This document shows positions 28,915-38,695 of a stretch of 64,000 nt of DNA, piece after piece (positions within the stretch are counted from its first letter, which is position 1; every line of letters starts with the position of its first letter). The DNA is from Cellvibrionaceae bacterium (GTDB lineage Bacteria; Pseudomonadota; Gammaproteobacteria; Pseudomonadales; Cellvibrionaceae). The DNA lies in contig JAGKWU010000008.1 of the NCBI GenBank assembly GCA_021151695.1, positions 215,548 to 279,547 on the forward strand, written 5' to 3'. A model generated the notes under the pieces. It saw only the letters and a list, made by a program, of their open reading frames with translations, was not told the DNA's origin and searched no databases. The translations under genes and the position numbers were made by a program.

Positions 28915-31554
28915 ATGCAGCTGAATCAATTACTCAATCCTCGCAATAATAATCTGGATATCTTTCGCCTGTTGGCGGCGCTCATGGTTATCTACGGTCA
29001 TGCTCCTGCTTTTGCAGTTGCATCTGGCTATTCGGATATTGTTGCGCGCACCTTGCACATAGATTACTCAGGTTCGCTCGCGGTAAAGTTTTTCTTTATG
29101 TTGAGTGGCCTGTTGGTAACGGCGAGTTTGATGGCAAAGCCATTGATGACTGATTTTGTCGTCAAGCGTGCGGCGAGAATTTTGCCGGGGTTGTTTGTCT
29201 GCCTCTGCGCGACAGTATTTATTGTAGGGCCAGTGTTTACCAGTCAGCCATTTATCGCCTACCTCGGCGATTCACAAACCTGGCAATACCTTACTCACAA
29301 TATAATGTTGTACCAAATTGAGTGGCGATTGCCGGGTGTTTTTGACGATAGCAAATATGGCATCAACGGCTCCATATGGACCTTGCCCTTGGAAGTTTGC
29401 TGCTATTTATTTCTTGCGGCATTTTATTTTGTAGGCTTGTGGCGCTACCAATGGCTGAGCAATATCAGCCTGCTGGCTATAGTGGTGCTTTCCTTCTTTT
29501 TCCCGGAAAAATTAATACCGCTATTTGCCAACAATACAGAGTCTCACCTGCTGCCCGGATGTTTTGCGCTGGGTGCACTTTTTGCGGTTAACCAACAATT
29601 TATTCTGGTGAATGTGCGCGGCGCTGTGGCGTTGGGTTTATTGACATTGCTCTTGTGGTCGACACCCGCCAAGGCGCTGTTGTTTTACGGCTTCTTTTTT
29701 TACACCTGTCTCTATGTGTCATCGTTGCGTTTTGTGGTTGATCGTCTGAAGTTACCGGCAGATCCATCGTACGGTGTGTATATCTACGGTTTTGTTATCC
29801 AGCAAGTATTCGGACATCTATTCCCCAATCGCGGTGTGGTTTTTAATCAGCTTGTATCTTCAGTGACGGCTCTGGGACTGGGTTTCCTATCTTGGTATTA
29901 CGTGGAAAAGCCAGCGATTCAGGCTGCCAAAAAATTGCTGGCGATTAAGGATACCTGGCTGGCCAATCCGCAACAGGCAAATCTTTCGTCTTTATCGTTT
30001 TCCAATTTATTGGCGGCTGATTCGATCGCCTCAGGTGCGGCGCTCAATCCCTCGCGCAGTGATGTGTGGCGTAAGCAGGCAATGGCCGTTGCGGCTTTTG
30101 TCGCTATCGCCTGGCTGATGCATTTCATCGCCTTGTATTTTATTTTTCCCGGTTACTATCGCCCGCTGTCCTTCCAGCATTCGGATTTTTATATACCGGC
30201 GTCCTTCGCTTATTCGCTGAGTAATAATACGACTTTTATGGGCTTGTTGGCTTGGCCGCGCCCGCTGTTTATGTGGTATTACAAGTTCAGCGGATTTTTT
30301 GGGCACGCGGGTAGCGTTGCCTGGGTTGTGCTCATCGTATTTTTAAACTGTGTTGTGACGGCGTTTTTGATGCGTCGGCTGTTGGGGCTCAAACTGGATT
30401 TACGCTTCGCTGCCTGGTTTGCGCTCTACGCATTCATTTTGTTTACCCAGCCTTATTTCTATACCTTCTATTCACAAGATATAGGTTCGCAACTGTCCTA
30501 TTTGCTGCTGGCTATAGGTGTGGCTGGTGTGCTCGCATTAAAAGACAGGCATCCGGCACTGATGTTTATCTGGATGCTATCGTGTTCCGCTACGGCTTTT
30601 TTGATAAAGGAAACCTATATTTTAGGTTTCGGCCTGTTGGCCTTCTGCTGGTTTATCCTCTATTTCAAAGAGAACAAATTAAAAGCATTTGCACCGGGTT
30701 GCGGCATAGTGCTTGGTGCTGCGTTGAGTGTGCTGGTTAGCATGCTGACGAAATCCATTTTTGTGAATTTGAACGCGCGCCAGGGCAGTGATTATGAAAT
30801 TCATCTGAATGTTGTGACTGTTATTAAAGAGTTGTTGCATTACGCAGGTGAGGGCATAACGCCGATTTTGCTGGTAGCCTTAATTCTGATCGGTGTGCAG
30901 TTATACCGTTCGCAGCGCCAATACTTTATGTATTTTTTACTCTTCGTCGGTTTTACCTTTGCAGCTTGGCTACCCAATGCAGTATTGCCGAATCACCATT
31001 ATCGCGGTTACTCCTTTAATGGTTTGTATCTGTGTTTTGCCAGCATATTTTTTATTGCAAAGCTTGCACAGGATAAAGGCCATTTCACCAAAGGCCTGTG
31101 GGTTATTGTGGCGTTAGTGGTGTTGAGTCCCCTATCCAGCATTAAGGCCTATAAAGGTACGCACAATTCCTGGGTGTTGGCGCAAGAGGAAATTCAGACC
31201 AATATGTTGGCTGGTTTTACCAAGGCGGGGCACCAGCTTTGCACGCAAGATAAAACGAAAAATGTATTGGTGACAGGCATCACTGCACCCTTCCATCCCT
31301 TTGCGTTTCCTGAATCTATCCGTTCTTTCCCATGCGGAGACAAAGCGCATTATTTGTTTGTGGTGAGCCCTGAGTTTTACACCAAGCGTGTGGGGCAAAC
31401 GATGGATTTGGTGACCTACCTGGCGGCGGATACTGATAGGGGATCTGTGGAATACGATCAGGAGTGGCGTTTTGATGAGAAAGGAAAATTAGTTGATATT
31501 ATTCCCAAGGCTAATACCCAACCGCAATCTGCAATGGACACTTCTCCCCAATAA
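28915..31554 (+). CDS. Acyltransferase-3 (OafA-like) domain fused to a second polytopic membrane domain (GT-C-like)
   Basis: N-terminal LDIFRLLAALMVIYGH, AVKFFFMLSG, KRAARILP, NGSIWTLPLE, SYGVYIY, SWYYVEKP. The C-terminal half has about 10 further TMs with HSDFY, RPL and KETY motifs. Confidence 0.75.
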   Translation: MQLNQLLNPRNNNLDIFRLLAALMVIYGHAPAFAVASGYSDIVARTLHIDYSGSLAVKFFFMLSGLLVTASLMAKPLMTDFVVKRAARILPGLFVCLCATVFIVGPVFTSQPFIAYLGDSQTWQYLTHNIMLYQIEWRLPGVFDDSKYGINGSIWTLPLEVCCYLFLAAFYFVGLWRYQWLSNISLLAIVVLSFFFPEKLIPLFANNTESHLLPGCFALGALFAVNQQFILVNVRGAVALGLLTLLLWSTPAKALLFYGFFFYTCLYVSSLRFVVDRLKLPADPSYGVYIYGFVIQQVFGHLFPNRGVVFNQLVSSVTALGLGFLSWYYVEKPAIQAAKKLLAIKDTWLANPQQANLSSLSFSNLLAADSIASGAALNPSRSDVWRKQAMAVAAFVAIAWLMHFIALYFIFPGYYRPLSFQHSDFYIPASFAYSLSNNTTFMGLLAWPRPLFMWYYKFSGFFGHAGSVAWVVLIVFLNCVVTAFLMRRLLGLKLDLRFAAWFALYAFILFTQPYFYTFYSQDIGSQLSYLLLAIGVAGVLALKDRHPALMFIWMLSCSATAFLIKETYILGFGLLAFCWFILYFKENKLKAFAPGCGIVLGAALSVLVSMLTKSIFVNLNARQGSDYEIHLNVVTVIKELLHYAGEGITPILLVALILIGVQLYRSQRQYFMYFLLFVGFTFAAWLPNAVLPNHHYRGYSFNGLYLCFASIFFIAKLAQDKGHFTKGLWVIVALVVLSPLSSIKAYKGTHNSWVLAQEEIQTNMLAGFTKAGHQLCTQDKTKNVLVTGITAPFHPFAFPESIRSFPCGDKAHYLFVVSPEFYTKRVGQTMDLVTYLAADTDRGSVEYDQEWRFDEKGKLVDIIPKANTQPQSAMDTSPQ

Positions 31555-31557
31555 TAT

Positions 31558-31854
31558 TTAATGCGGGTTGGCTTCGCGCCGACCCGCCACTGCTTGCACA
31601 ATTTTCGCAACTGCCAGCACCGATGTCAGCGATTTTAAAATACGTGCACCAAGCAATACAGTGGCAACTTCTGCAATCACTTTTGCGCCAGATTGATGGG
31701 TGAGGAAACGCATGGTCATGCTACGCGGATAATGGGGATGCATATCTTCCGCTTGCAAGTGCTGGATCAGCAATTGGCGCTGAGCTTGTAATTGTGCACG
31801 CAATTGGTTGCGGCGGAGATCAAGGTTTTCCATATCATTGCCTGTGTTTGTCAT
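31558..31854 (-). CDS. YqjK-like protein; start uncertain
   Basis: LRRNQLRAQLQAQRQLL; third gene of a yqjD-yqjE-type operon. Confidence 0.5.
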   Translation of the reverse strand: MTNTGNDMENLDLRRNQLRAQLQAQRQLLIQHLQAEDMHPHYPRSMTMRFLTHQSGAKVIAEVATVLLGARILKSLTSVLAVAKIVQAVAGRREANPH

Positions 31855-31868
31855 CACTGGTTTTTTAA

Positions 31869-32249
31869 TCAAAGTCTGCTTTTGATCAGGGTAAGGTCGG
31901 CTGCCAATTCTTCGCGGGTAGCGGCAAAGGTGCGGCTGCTAAGTGCCAATAGGTGTTTAATACGTTGCCATATCCATAAAAGTGCCAAACTGTAAATGAT
32001 TGGCAAGGTTATCAATACGTGAATGCGATATGCCGTATCCCAACTCAGCGCAACGGCGAGCAAGCTCAACGAAAGTAGTAGGCAAATGGCGCCTATTAGC
32101 GCTGCAAAGACAAATGCTAATAACTGGCTAAGTCGATTTTTTTCCTCCTCCCATTCCACCTGAATCAATTGGCTGTGCAAAGCTGCTTGCGCTGAGATAG
32201 CACTGCCTGCAGAGCGCAGCAATTTTAATAAGTCGAGCGCGCTGCGCAT
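31869..32249 (-). CDS. YqjE-like ('phage holin family') membrane protein
   Basis: LIQVEWEEEKNRL, two TMs, FAATREELAADL; follows DUF883. Confidence 0.75.
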   Translation of the reverse strand: MRSALDLLKLLRSAGSAISAQAALHSQLIQVEWEEEKNRLSQLLAFVFAALIGAICLLLSLSLLAVALSWDTAYRIHVLITLPIIYSLALLWIWQRIKHLLALSSRTFAATREELAADLTLIKSRL

Positions 32250-32364
32250 AAACGATTCACCTTGATAGTGGGGCGATTGCGCCGCAAATAATTTTTCCAC
32301 AGTTCAACCTCTATCTGATTGCCCCATCTGATTGGCAAAATGCGAACAAAAAAATTATTAAATA

Positions 32365-32389
32365 TGGCGGCCATTCTTGATGGCCGCCA
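32365..32389 (-). terminator. Hairpin downstream of the DUF883 gene (terminator or mRNA-stabilising stem)
   Basis: TGGCGGCCAT-5 nt-ATGGCCGCCA followed by an A/T-rich tract on the minus strand. Confidence 0.55.
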
Positions 32390-32399
32390 CTACAAATAC

Positions 32400-32768
32400 C
32401 TAGTTGCGGCGGGCCAGAATGTAACCCAGTAGAAAACCTATAGCTGCACTGGCACCAACAGCATTCCAGGGTTTTTCATGCACGTAGTTATCTGTGTAGG
32501 TGATGGTATCGCGTGCTTGTTGACTGATGGTGTTGCTCACCTCTACAGCTTTCACTTTGGCGACAGCGATACGCTCAGCAATTTTTGCTTTGGCTGCCTC
32601 CAGCTCTGCACCAGTCAGGGATGTGGTGGATTTAAATAAGGTCTCTATATCCGCCAGAAAGTTATGAAATTCCTGAGAGAGTGCAGAAGGTGTTTTTGGT
32701 GGCTGCAGCGCTTGCTGTGGTTGAGATGAATGCTGGGGCTGGTTCTGTGTACTCGAAATACCGGTCAT
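32400..32768 (-). CDS. ElaB/YqjD/DUF883 family membrane-anchored ribosome-binding protein
   Basis: TDNYVHEKPWNAVGASAAIGFLLGYILARR C-terminus. Confidence 0.88.
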   Translation of the reverse strand: MTGISSTQNQPQHSSQPQQALQPPKTPSALSQEFHNFLADIETLFKSTTSLTGAELEAAKAKIAERIAVAKVKAVEVSNTISQQARDTITYTDNYVHEKPWNAVGASAAIGFLLGYILARRN

Positions 32769-32902
32769 GATTCGACTCCTGCCATTGCGAAATAAAAAAA
32801 GGAAATAAAAAATGTCGCATTTGCGACCTCTTCAGACGAGTTTGGTTTGTGTAGAAAACCCGTCATTACGAGTTGACGATAGGCGTGCACCTGCGCAAAG
32901 TC

Positions 32903-32918
32903 TGTGCGCAACCGCACT
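32903..32918 (-). promoter_or_regulatory. Crp/Fnr-type box of the DUF883 operon promoter
   Basis: Minus strand AGTGCG-GTTG-CGCACA, 21 nt, then -10 TATCGT preceded by CGCC. Confidence 0.65.
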
Positions 32919-33014
32919 CATATTTTTGTTAACTTATTCGCTGAAGCAGAAGGTTTTTTGCTGCACATCGACACTGATTTAATTTGCAGTTAGTGGCTTT
33001 ATGTAAATTTAACC

Positions 33015-33030
33015 GGTGTGCCAGCGCACA
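33015..33030 (+). promoter_or_regulatory. Crp/Fnr-type box of the BON gene promoter
   Basis: GGTGTG-CCAG-CGCACA, 22 nt, then -10 TACTGT preceded by CGCC. Confidence 0.65.
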
Positions 33031-33122
33031 GACCATTTTACCTAACGGCGCCTACTGTGAATTAACATCGAATAAAAATTTATTTTTTTTCGATGAATTT
33101 TCATCAAGTGGAGGAAAGAGAA

Positions 33123-33932
33123 ATGAATCATAAAATGAAAATGTTGGGTGTGTTAGCACTGGGAGTCTTACCACTGCTGGCTAATCAAAATGTATTTGCA
33201 GACGCTAAACAGGATTTGGTTGAGGCGCGCCAGGAAACCCAAATCTGGACAACCTATGCGCTCAATCCTTACCTGCGTGCCAGCGATTTAAAAGTCGGTG
33301 TGCATGATGGTAAAGCGACCTTGAGTGGTAAAGTAGAAGATGATGTCAGCAAAGAGCTGGCAAAGGAAATTGCGCTCGGTGTGAGCGGCGTTAAAAGTGT
33401 CGATAACCAAATCGTTGTAGCAGAAGATTACAAGCCAAACGTTGAGCGTGGTTATCGCGAGATGGTGGACGATGTTTCAATTAGTACCGCCGTACGGTCT
33501 CGCTTGGTATGGAGCAAGCATTCCTATAAAGATGCAAAAGTGGATACAAAAGACGGTCGTGTAGTGTTAACTGGCTCAGTTAATAGCCTGGAGGCAAAGG
33601 ATTTTGCTGGCAAGCTCGCACGCAATACGCGCGGCGTTACTTCGGTAGACAATCAGCTTAAGGTCGACGCTAAATCAACTGGTGATTCGGTGAAGATAGC
33701 CGCGCGCGATACGGAGCAGGCGGTAGCTGATACGTGGATCACTACAAAAGTAAAATCGAATTTTTTATATTCGAACAACGTCAGTGCTGGTGATATTAAT
33801 GTGAATACCAGTGGTGGCAATGTAGTGCTTAAAGGAAAAGTCGGCAGCGGTGCCGAGCGCGCATTAGCGGTTGAAATTGCGCAAAATGTTCGCGGTGTTA
33901 AACAGGTAGATGCCTCTGGATTAACCTTTTGA
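33123..33932 (+). CDS. OsmY-like periplasmic protein with three BON domains
   Basis: Signal peptide; three BON repeats ending GVKSVDNQI, GVTSVDNQL and GVKQVDASGL; GGAGG RBS. Confidence 0.9.
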   Translation: MNHKMKMLGVLALGVLPLLANQNVFADAKQDLVEARQETQIWTTYALNPYLRASDLKVGVHDGKATLSGKVEDDVSKELAKEIALGVSGVKSVDNQIVVAEDYKPNVERGYREMVDDVSISTAVRSRLVWSKHSYKDAKVDTKDGRVVLTGSVNSLEAKDFAGKLARNTRGVTSVDNQLKVDAKSTGDSVKIAARDTEQAVADTWITTKVKSNFLYSNNVSAGDINVNTSGGNVVLKGKVGSGAERALAVEIAQNVRGVKQVDASGLTF

Positions 33933-33960
33933 TCATTTGTTGGTGTAAGGAAGTTTGTAT

Positions 33961-33988
33961 AAGCCGCCCTGTATTGGGCGGCTTTTTT
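33961..33988 (+). terminator. Intrinsic terminator
   Basis: AAGCCGCCC-TGTATT-GGGCGGCTTTTTT. Confidence 0.85.
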
Positions 33989-34162
33989 ATAACTAAAACG
34001 GGCATCTGTGTTTTATCGTTTTTAGAAAAAATGTAATTTTTTACCGTTTCATATGGGTTAGATAGCGCACTGAATAAGAGCCTGCGATCGGTGATTATGA
34101 TAGCAGGCCCGCTGTGCTTTTTTGTGGCGGCTGAAGGGAAAACGAAACGAGGGCATAGAATC

Positions 34163-34594
34163 ATGATTGAAGCAAATGAAATAACCAGAGCTGAAGTTAG
34201 CACCTCATTACAACGTATTTTATTTATTGCATTGCTTGTGGTGTTTTCCATTTTTGTGCAATTTTTGATGAGTGGCTGTGCTTCCACGCCTAAAGCACCA
34301 ACTGATGCATTGCAAGCGGCTGAATCGGCTATCGCCAATGCGGAACAAGCGCGCGTTGCAGATTATGCATCCCCCGAATTGGCCCAGGCGCGCGAAAAGT
34401 TGCTAAACGCAAAATTAGCCGTTGAGAAAGAGGATATGACCAGGGCGCGTTGGTTGGCGGAAGAATCAAAAGCGAGCGCTGATTTAGCCAGCGCGCGAGC
34501 AGCTTCGGCAAAAGCCAAGGCTGTTAACGATGAGCTGCAAAAAGGCAATAACGTATTGGAGCAGGAATTACAGCGCAATACCAATCAGCCCTAA
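34163..34594 (+). CDS. DUF4398 family lipoprotein
   Basis: Lipobox MSGC; ASPELAQAREKL...ARWLAEES..ADLASAR; paired with an OmpA-domain gene. Confidence 0.8.
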   Translation: MIEANEITRAEVSTSLQRILFIALLVVFSIFVQFLMSGCASTPKAPTDALQAAESAIANAEQARVADYASPELAQAREKLLNAKLAVEKEDMTRARWLAEESKASADLASARAASAKAKAVNDELQKGNNVLEQELQRNTNQP

Positions 34595-34645
34595 TGCTTT
34601 TTAAAACAGGTGTATTGCGGAAGCGTATTGACCGAGGAGATTCGT

Positions 34646-35470
34646 ATGAATATTACAAATGCAGGCATTGTTAAGCAGGTTGGCGCCGCTACGCTAATGG
34701 CGCTATTGATATTGCAAAGCGGGTGTACATCTACACCGAAAGCGCCCGACGGTGCGCGTGAAGTACGAGAAAAATTATTGCAATTACAGGCTAATTCACA
34801 ATTGGCAACACTGGCCCCGGTTGCCATCAAAGATGCGGACGCCGCTGTGACTGCTGCGGAGCAGCCCACGAAAGATAAAAGCCTCGCCCACCACCGCCTT
34901 GAGGTTGCCGATGCGAAAGTAGAGACAGCTATCGCCTTGGCGAAAGGTCGATATCTTGAAGACCAACGCAAAAATCTTGCAGATCAGCGCAACGAAACCC
35001 GTCTCGATGCGCGCACTCGTGAAGCTGAGTTCGCCAAAGCTGATGCAGATGCTGCGCGCCGACAAGCAGAAGAACTGCAAAAGCAATTAGCGGATCTCAA
35101 TGCAAAAACTACCGAGCGCGGCCTCATTGTCACGTTAGGTGATGTGCTCTTTGAAACAGGTCGCGCTGAATTAAGAGGTGGTGCTACTGCCAATCTCGGC
35201 AAGTTAGCAGCTTTCCTAAATCAATATCCCGATCGCAGCGTCGTTATCGAAGGCCACACGGATAGCGTTGGCAGTGAGAGTTACAACCAAAGCTTGTCGG
35301 AGCGTCGTGCGGATTCAGTAAAAGCCTATTTGGTGGGCCAGGGTATTGCGGCAACGCGTTTGACCGCTGTGGGTAAAGGTGAGTTGGTACCGGTAGCCAG
35401 TAATGATTCTGAAACCGGTCGTCAAATGAATCGTCGTGTTGAAGTTGTCATTGCCAATCCTGCCAAATAA
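34646..35470 (+). CDS. OmpA-family peptidoglycan-binding lipoprotein
   Basis: Lipobox QSGC, coiled coil, LGDVLFETG, IEGHTDSVGS, LSERRA, NRRVEV. Confidence 0.9.
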   Translation: MNITNAGIVKQVGAATLMALLILQSGCTSTPKAPDGAREVREKLLQLQANSQLATLAPVAIKDADAAVTAAEQPTKDKSLAHHRLEVADAKVETAIALAKGRYLEDQRKNLADQRNETRLDARTREAEFAKADADAARRQAEELQKQLADLNAKTTERGLIVTLGDVLFETGRAELRGGATANLGKLAAFLNQYPDRSVVIEGHTDSVGSESYNQSLSERRADSVKAYLVGQGIAATRLTAVGKGELVPVASNDSETGRQMNRRVEVVIANPAK

Positions 35471-35484
35471 ATAAGGAGAGCATC

Positions 35485-35637
35485 GTGGGTACTATATTAC
35501 TTGTCATTCTGGTTTTGCTCTTGATTGGTGCCTTCCCAGCCTGGCCCCACAGTCGCGCATGGGGTTACGGTCCCAGTGGCGGTGTCGGGTTGCTGTTGGT
35601 GATTTTACTGATTCTGGTGCTTACGGGGCATCTATAG
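35485..35637 (+). CDS. DUF3309 family small membrane protein (50 aa; not in the ORF track)
   Basis: Manual translation [59 protein letters not shown]. Confidence 0.85.
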   Translation: MGTILLVILVLLLIGAFPAWPHSRAWGYGPSGGVGLLLVILLILVLTGHL

Positions 35638-35647
35638 GAGCCTCGCC

Positions 35648-36976
35648 ATGAGGGTCTTCCATCTCTCCGGGCGGGTGATATCAGTGCTGTTGCTGGGGCT
35701 ACTTATTTCCATCAACAGCTGTGGCGAGCGTGCTCGTCAATCGGCAGGGGCGGGCATGGGACCTGAACCTGTGCTGCCTGGGCCTTCTACCAGTTTATTC
35801 CCGGTGGTGAAGATAGCACCGGCCAAGGGCTGGGCTGAAGGTGTTACGCCAATCTCCGCTGCCAACACCGAGGTAAAGCTTTTTGCTGGCCACCTGGATC
35901 ATCCGCGCTGGCTTTATGTGTTGCCTAATGGCGATCTGTTGGTTGCAGAAACCAATGCGCCTGAGCGTCCGGAAGAGCGCCAGGGGATTAAAGGCTGGTT
36001 TATGGGCAAGGCGATGAAGCGCGCCGGTGCCGCTACCCCTAGCGCCAACCGCATAACGCTTTTACGTGATAGCGATGGTGATGGCGTTGCGGATGTGCGC
36101 AGCAGTTTGCTGGAGCGGCTCAATTCGCCATTCGGCATGGCTTTAGTGGGCGATTATCTTTACGTCGCCAATACAGATGCGCTGGTGCGTTTTCCCTATA
36201 AAACCGGTGAGTTACATATAGTTGCCGCGGCGCAAAAGGTGACTGATCTCCCCGGTGGCAGCATTAATCATCATTGGACTAAAAATCTGATTGCCAGCCC
36301 GGATAGCAGCCGGCTCTATGTGGCCATAGGCTCCAATAGCAATGTTGCAGAGCGCGGCATGGCGGTGGAAGAAGGGCGAGCGGCTATCTGGGAGATAGAT
36401 CCAGCCAATGGAACACACAGCATTTACGCGAGTGGTTTGCGCAATCCGGTGGGTATGGCTTGGGGGCCTGATAATCGCCTGTGGGTTGTGGTTAATGAGC
36501 GCGATGAATTGGGTAGTGATCTGGTGCCGGATTATCTTACTTCGGTAACCCCGGGAGGATTTTATGGTTGGCCTTACAGCTACTACGGAACCCGTGTGGA
36601 TGATCGGGTGAAGCCGGCACAGCCGCAAATGGTTGCCAAAGCGCTGGTGCCTGATTACGCCCTGGGGGCGCACACAGCGTCATTGGGCTTGGCGTGGAGC
36701 GACGGCAACCGGCTATCCACCGTCTTTACCGAAGGCATGTTCGTCGGCCAGCACGGCTCCTGGAATCGTAAACCTTTCAGTGGTTATAAAGTCATTTTTG
36801 TGCCTTTTAAAAACGGCAAGCCGAGCGGTCAACCAAAGGACGTGCTCACGGGTTTTTTGAGTGACAAAGAGGAGGCCCAAGGGCGGCCAGTAGGCGTAGC
36901 TGTAGATAAACGAGGTGCGTTACTGGTGGCTGATGATGTAGGTAATTCTATCTGGCGAGTAACGCCGGTGCCCTAG
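35648..36976 (+). CDS. L-sorbosone dehydrogenase-family (PQQ-dependent beta-propeller) lipoprotein
   Basis: [48 protein letters not shown]. Confidence 0.85.
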   Translation: MRVFHLSGRVISVLLLGLLISINSCGERARQSAGAGMGPEPVLPGPSTSLFPVVKIAPAKGWAEGVTPISAANTEVKLFAGHLDHPRWLYVLPNGDLLVAETNAPERPEERQGIKGWFMGKAMKRAGAATPSANRITLLRDSDGDGVADVRSSLLERLNSPFGMALVGDYLYVANTDALVRFPYKTGELHIVAAAQKVTDLPGGSINHHWTKNLIASPDSSRLYVAIGSNSNVAERGMAVEEGRAAIWEIDPANGTHSIYASGLRNPVGMAWGPDNRLWVVVNERDELGSDLVPDYLTSVTPGGFYGWPYSYYGTRVDDRVKPAQPQMVAKALVPDYALGAHTASLGLAWSDGNRLSTVFTEGMFVGQHGSWNRKPFSGYKVIFVPFKNGKPSGQPKDVLTGFLSDKEEAQGRPVGVAVDKRGALLVADDVGNSIWRVTPVP

Positions 36977-37074
36977 ATTTTTTGGTGTCGGATTTGCCGG
37001 CAAACAGCGCGCAACTGGTTGCTGCAGGTTACAGTTGCATATAAAGCGCCTAAACCTGGCATGGGAGAAACAAA

Positions 37075-37221
37075 ATGCTGGAAACAATTGCTGTCATATT
37101 GTTAATACTCTGGGTGCTTGGTCTGGTGTCGTCTTACACCATTGGCGGCTTTATTCATTTGCTATTGGTAGCGGCGATAGTGGTCATACTGGTGCGTATT
37201 ATCCAGGGGCGGGCGCCATAA
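37075..37221 (+). CDS. lmo0937-family small membrane protein (48 aa; not in the ORF track)
   Basis: Manual translation MLETIAVILLILWVLGLVSSYTIGGFIHLLLVAAIVVILVRIIQGRAP; GGGAG RBS. Confidence 0.82.
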   Translation: MLETIAVILLILWVLGLVSSYTIGGFIHLLLVAAIVVILVRIIQGRAP

Positions 37222-37230
37222 GTTTGCTGA

Positions 37231-37272
37231 AAAAAAATTGTGCGGCTCGCGTTGTGTAAGCCGCACATTTTT
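37231..37272. terminator. Probable bidirectional terminator between convergent genes
   Basis: A-tract, TGTGCGGCT...AGCCGCACA, T-tract. Confidence 0.65.
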
Positions 37273-37308
37273 AATCACAATCATATAGTGCTGCGTTGGA
37301 GACGTTTT

Positions 37309-38601
37309 CTATTTGTCTGGTGATATCAACGCTTGATAAACCAACGCGCGCGACATGTCCTCCAAATTTGGCATTCCGGGTGCCAATCCCCAGCGTTGGA
37401 TCATGCCGATAAAAATCACGTCATTGGCGGGATCAATCCAAAACCAGGTGCCTGCAAGGCCATCCCACAAATAGGTGCCGGCGCCGGCAGTACTACCTAC
37501 CTTTTGCGGATCTTCAAATACACCAAGGTTGTAACCAAAACCAAAGCCTGGTTGCATGTGATAAAAGCCAATGCCGTGTTTTCCATTTTGAAGTTTTTCG
37601 GGCAAATGATTTGCCCGCATTAATTTCACACTGGAGGGCGAGAGCAATTGCACACCATTAAACTTTCCTTCATTCAACAACATTTGCGCAAAGCGAAAAT
37701 AATCTTCTGCCGTGGAATACAAACCGCCACCACCAGAAAGTAGAGCAGGCAAAGCAGTGATATTGGGATCGCGCGGCAAGGCGCTCAGTGAATTGCCCTC
37801 AGGTTGATAAATTAATGCCAGGAGCGATAGTTTTTGTGTAGGAACAAAAAAGGCAGTGTCCTGCATGCCCAGCGGTTTAAAAATCCTCTCTTCAAAAAAT
37901 TGTGCGAGGGATTGCCCCGATAATCGCTCAACCAAATAGCCTGCAACATCGGCGGATAAGCTGTATTCCCAAGCCTCTCCTGGTTGATATTTGAGGGGTA
38001 TATGTGCAATTTTTTCGACAAATTCTTTCAGTGATCCCGAACCCCACATATTGGCGTTCGCATACATCTTATCGACTGGCGTATCAAAAAAGCCGAGGCC
38101 GATGCCAGCGGTGTGAGTGAGCAGTTCGCCAATAGTGGGTGGGTGTTCGGGGGCAACTAAGATAGGTTTCCCCTTTTGGTCTTGCCCGGCATAAACTTTG
38201 ATATCGTTAAATTCCGGCAGGTATTTGGCGATGGGTTCATTCGGCAGCCATTTTCCCTCTTCGTAAAGTATCATCATGGCAACACTGGTAATGGGTTTCG
38301 TCATGGAGTAGATACGAAAAATAGAATCTTTTTTCATAGTCACTGCATTGGCAATATCCTGTTGGCCATGAGTGGAAAAATTTACAATTTTTCCGTGGCG
38401 CGCCAGTAGGGTTACAGCACCGGCAAGTTGTTGGCTGCCAACTTTTTCCGCCATGGCTTGATCAAGGCGCTGCAGTCGCTCTGCTGAAAAACCTTGCGTT
38501 TCCGGCTGGGTGAGTTCGAGGGATTGTGCTGGTAAACATGCCGCTAAAATGCCGGCGGTGATAAATAATTTCAGATAAGTAAATCTCACGGTTATCTCCA
38601 T
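37309..38601 (-). CDS. Secreted serine hydrolase of the beta-lactamase fold (family VIII esterase-like)
   Basis: FRIYSMTKP (SxxK), LLTHTAG, WEYS, GGGGLYST, WDGLAGTWFWIDP. Confidence 0.85.
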   Translation of the reverse strand: MEITVRFTYLKLFITAGILAACLPAQSLELTQPETQGFSAERLQRLDQAMAEKVGSQQLAGAVTLLARHGKIVNFSTHGQQDIANAVTMKKDSIFRIYSMTKPITSVAMMILYEEGKWLPNEPIAKYLPEFNDIKVYAGQDQKGKPILVAPEHPPTIGELLTHTAGIGLGFFDTPVDKMYANANMWGSGSLKEFVEKIAHIPLKYQPGEAWEYSLSADVAGYLVERLSGQSLAQFFEERIFKPLGMQDTAFFVPTQKLSLLALIYQPEGNSLSALPRDPNITALPALLSGGGGLYSTAEDYFRFAQMLLNEGKFNGVQLLSPSSVKLMRANHLPEKLQNGKHGIGFYHMQPGFGFGYNLGVFEDPQKVGSTAGAGTYLWDGLAGTWFWIDPANDVIFIGMIQRWGLAPGMPNLEDMSRALVYQALISPDK

Positions 38602-38695
38602 ATGTTGATTTATTTATCGCTGTTAATTGATCTTATCGTTATGAGTAGCTTGAGCATGACCACTTGCCTCTATGGTCATGCTCTTTCAAAAAAAC

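Noticed and set aside
31869..32249. Prophage holin
   Set aside because: YqjE-type protein in a DUF883 operon; no phage genes nearby.
37309..38601. AmpC beta-lactamase resistance gene
   Set aside because: Has SxxK but lacks YxN and KTG (shows YS and WDG), fitting an esterase-type serine hydrolase.
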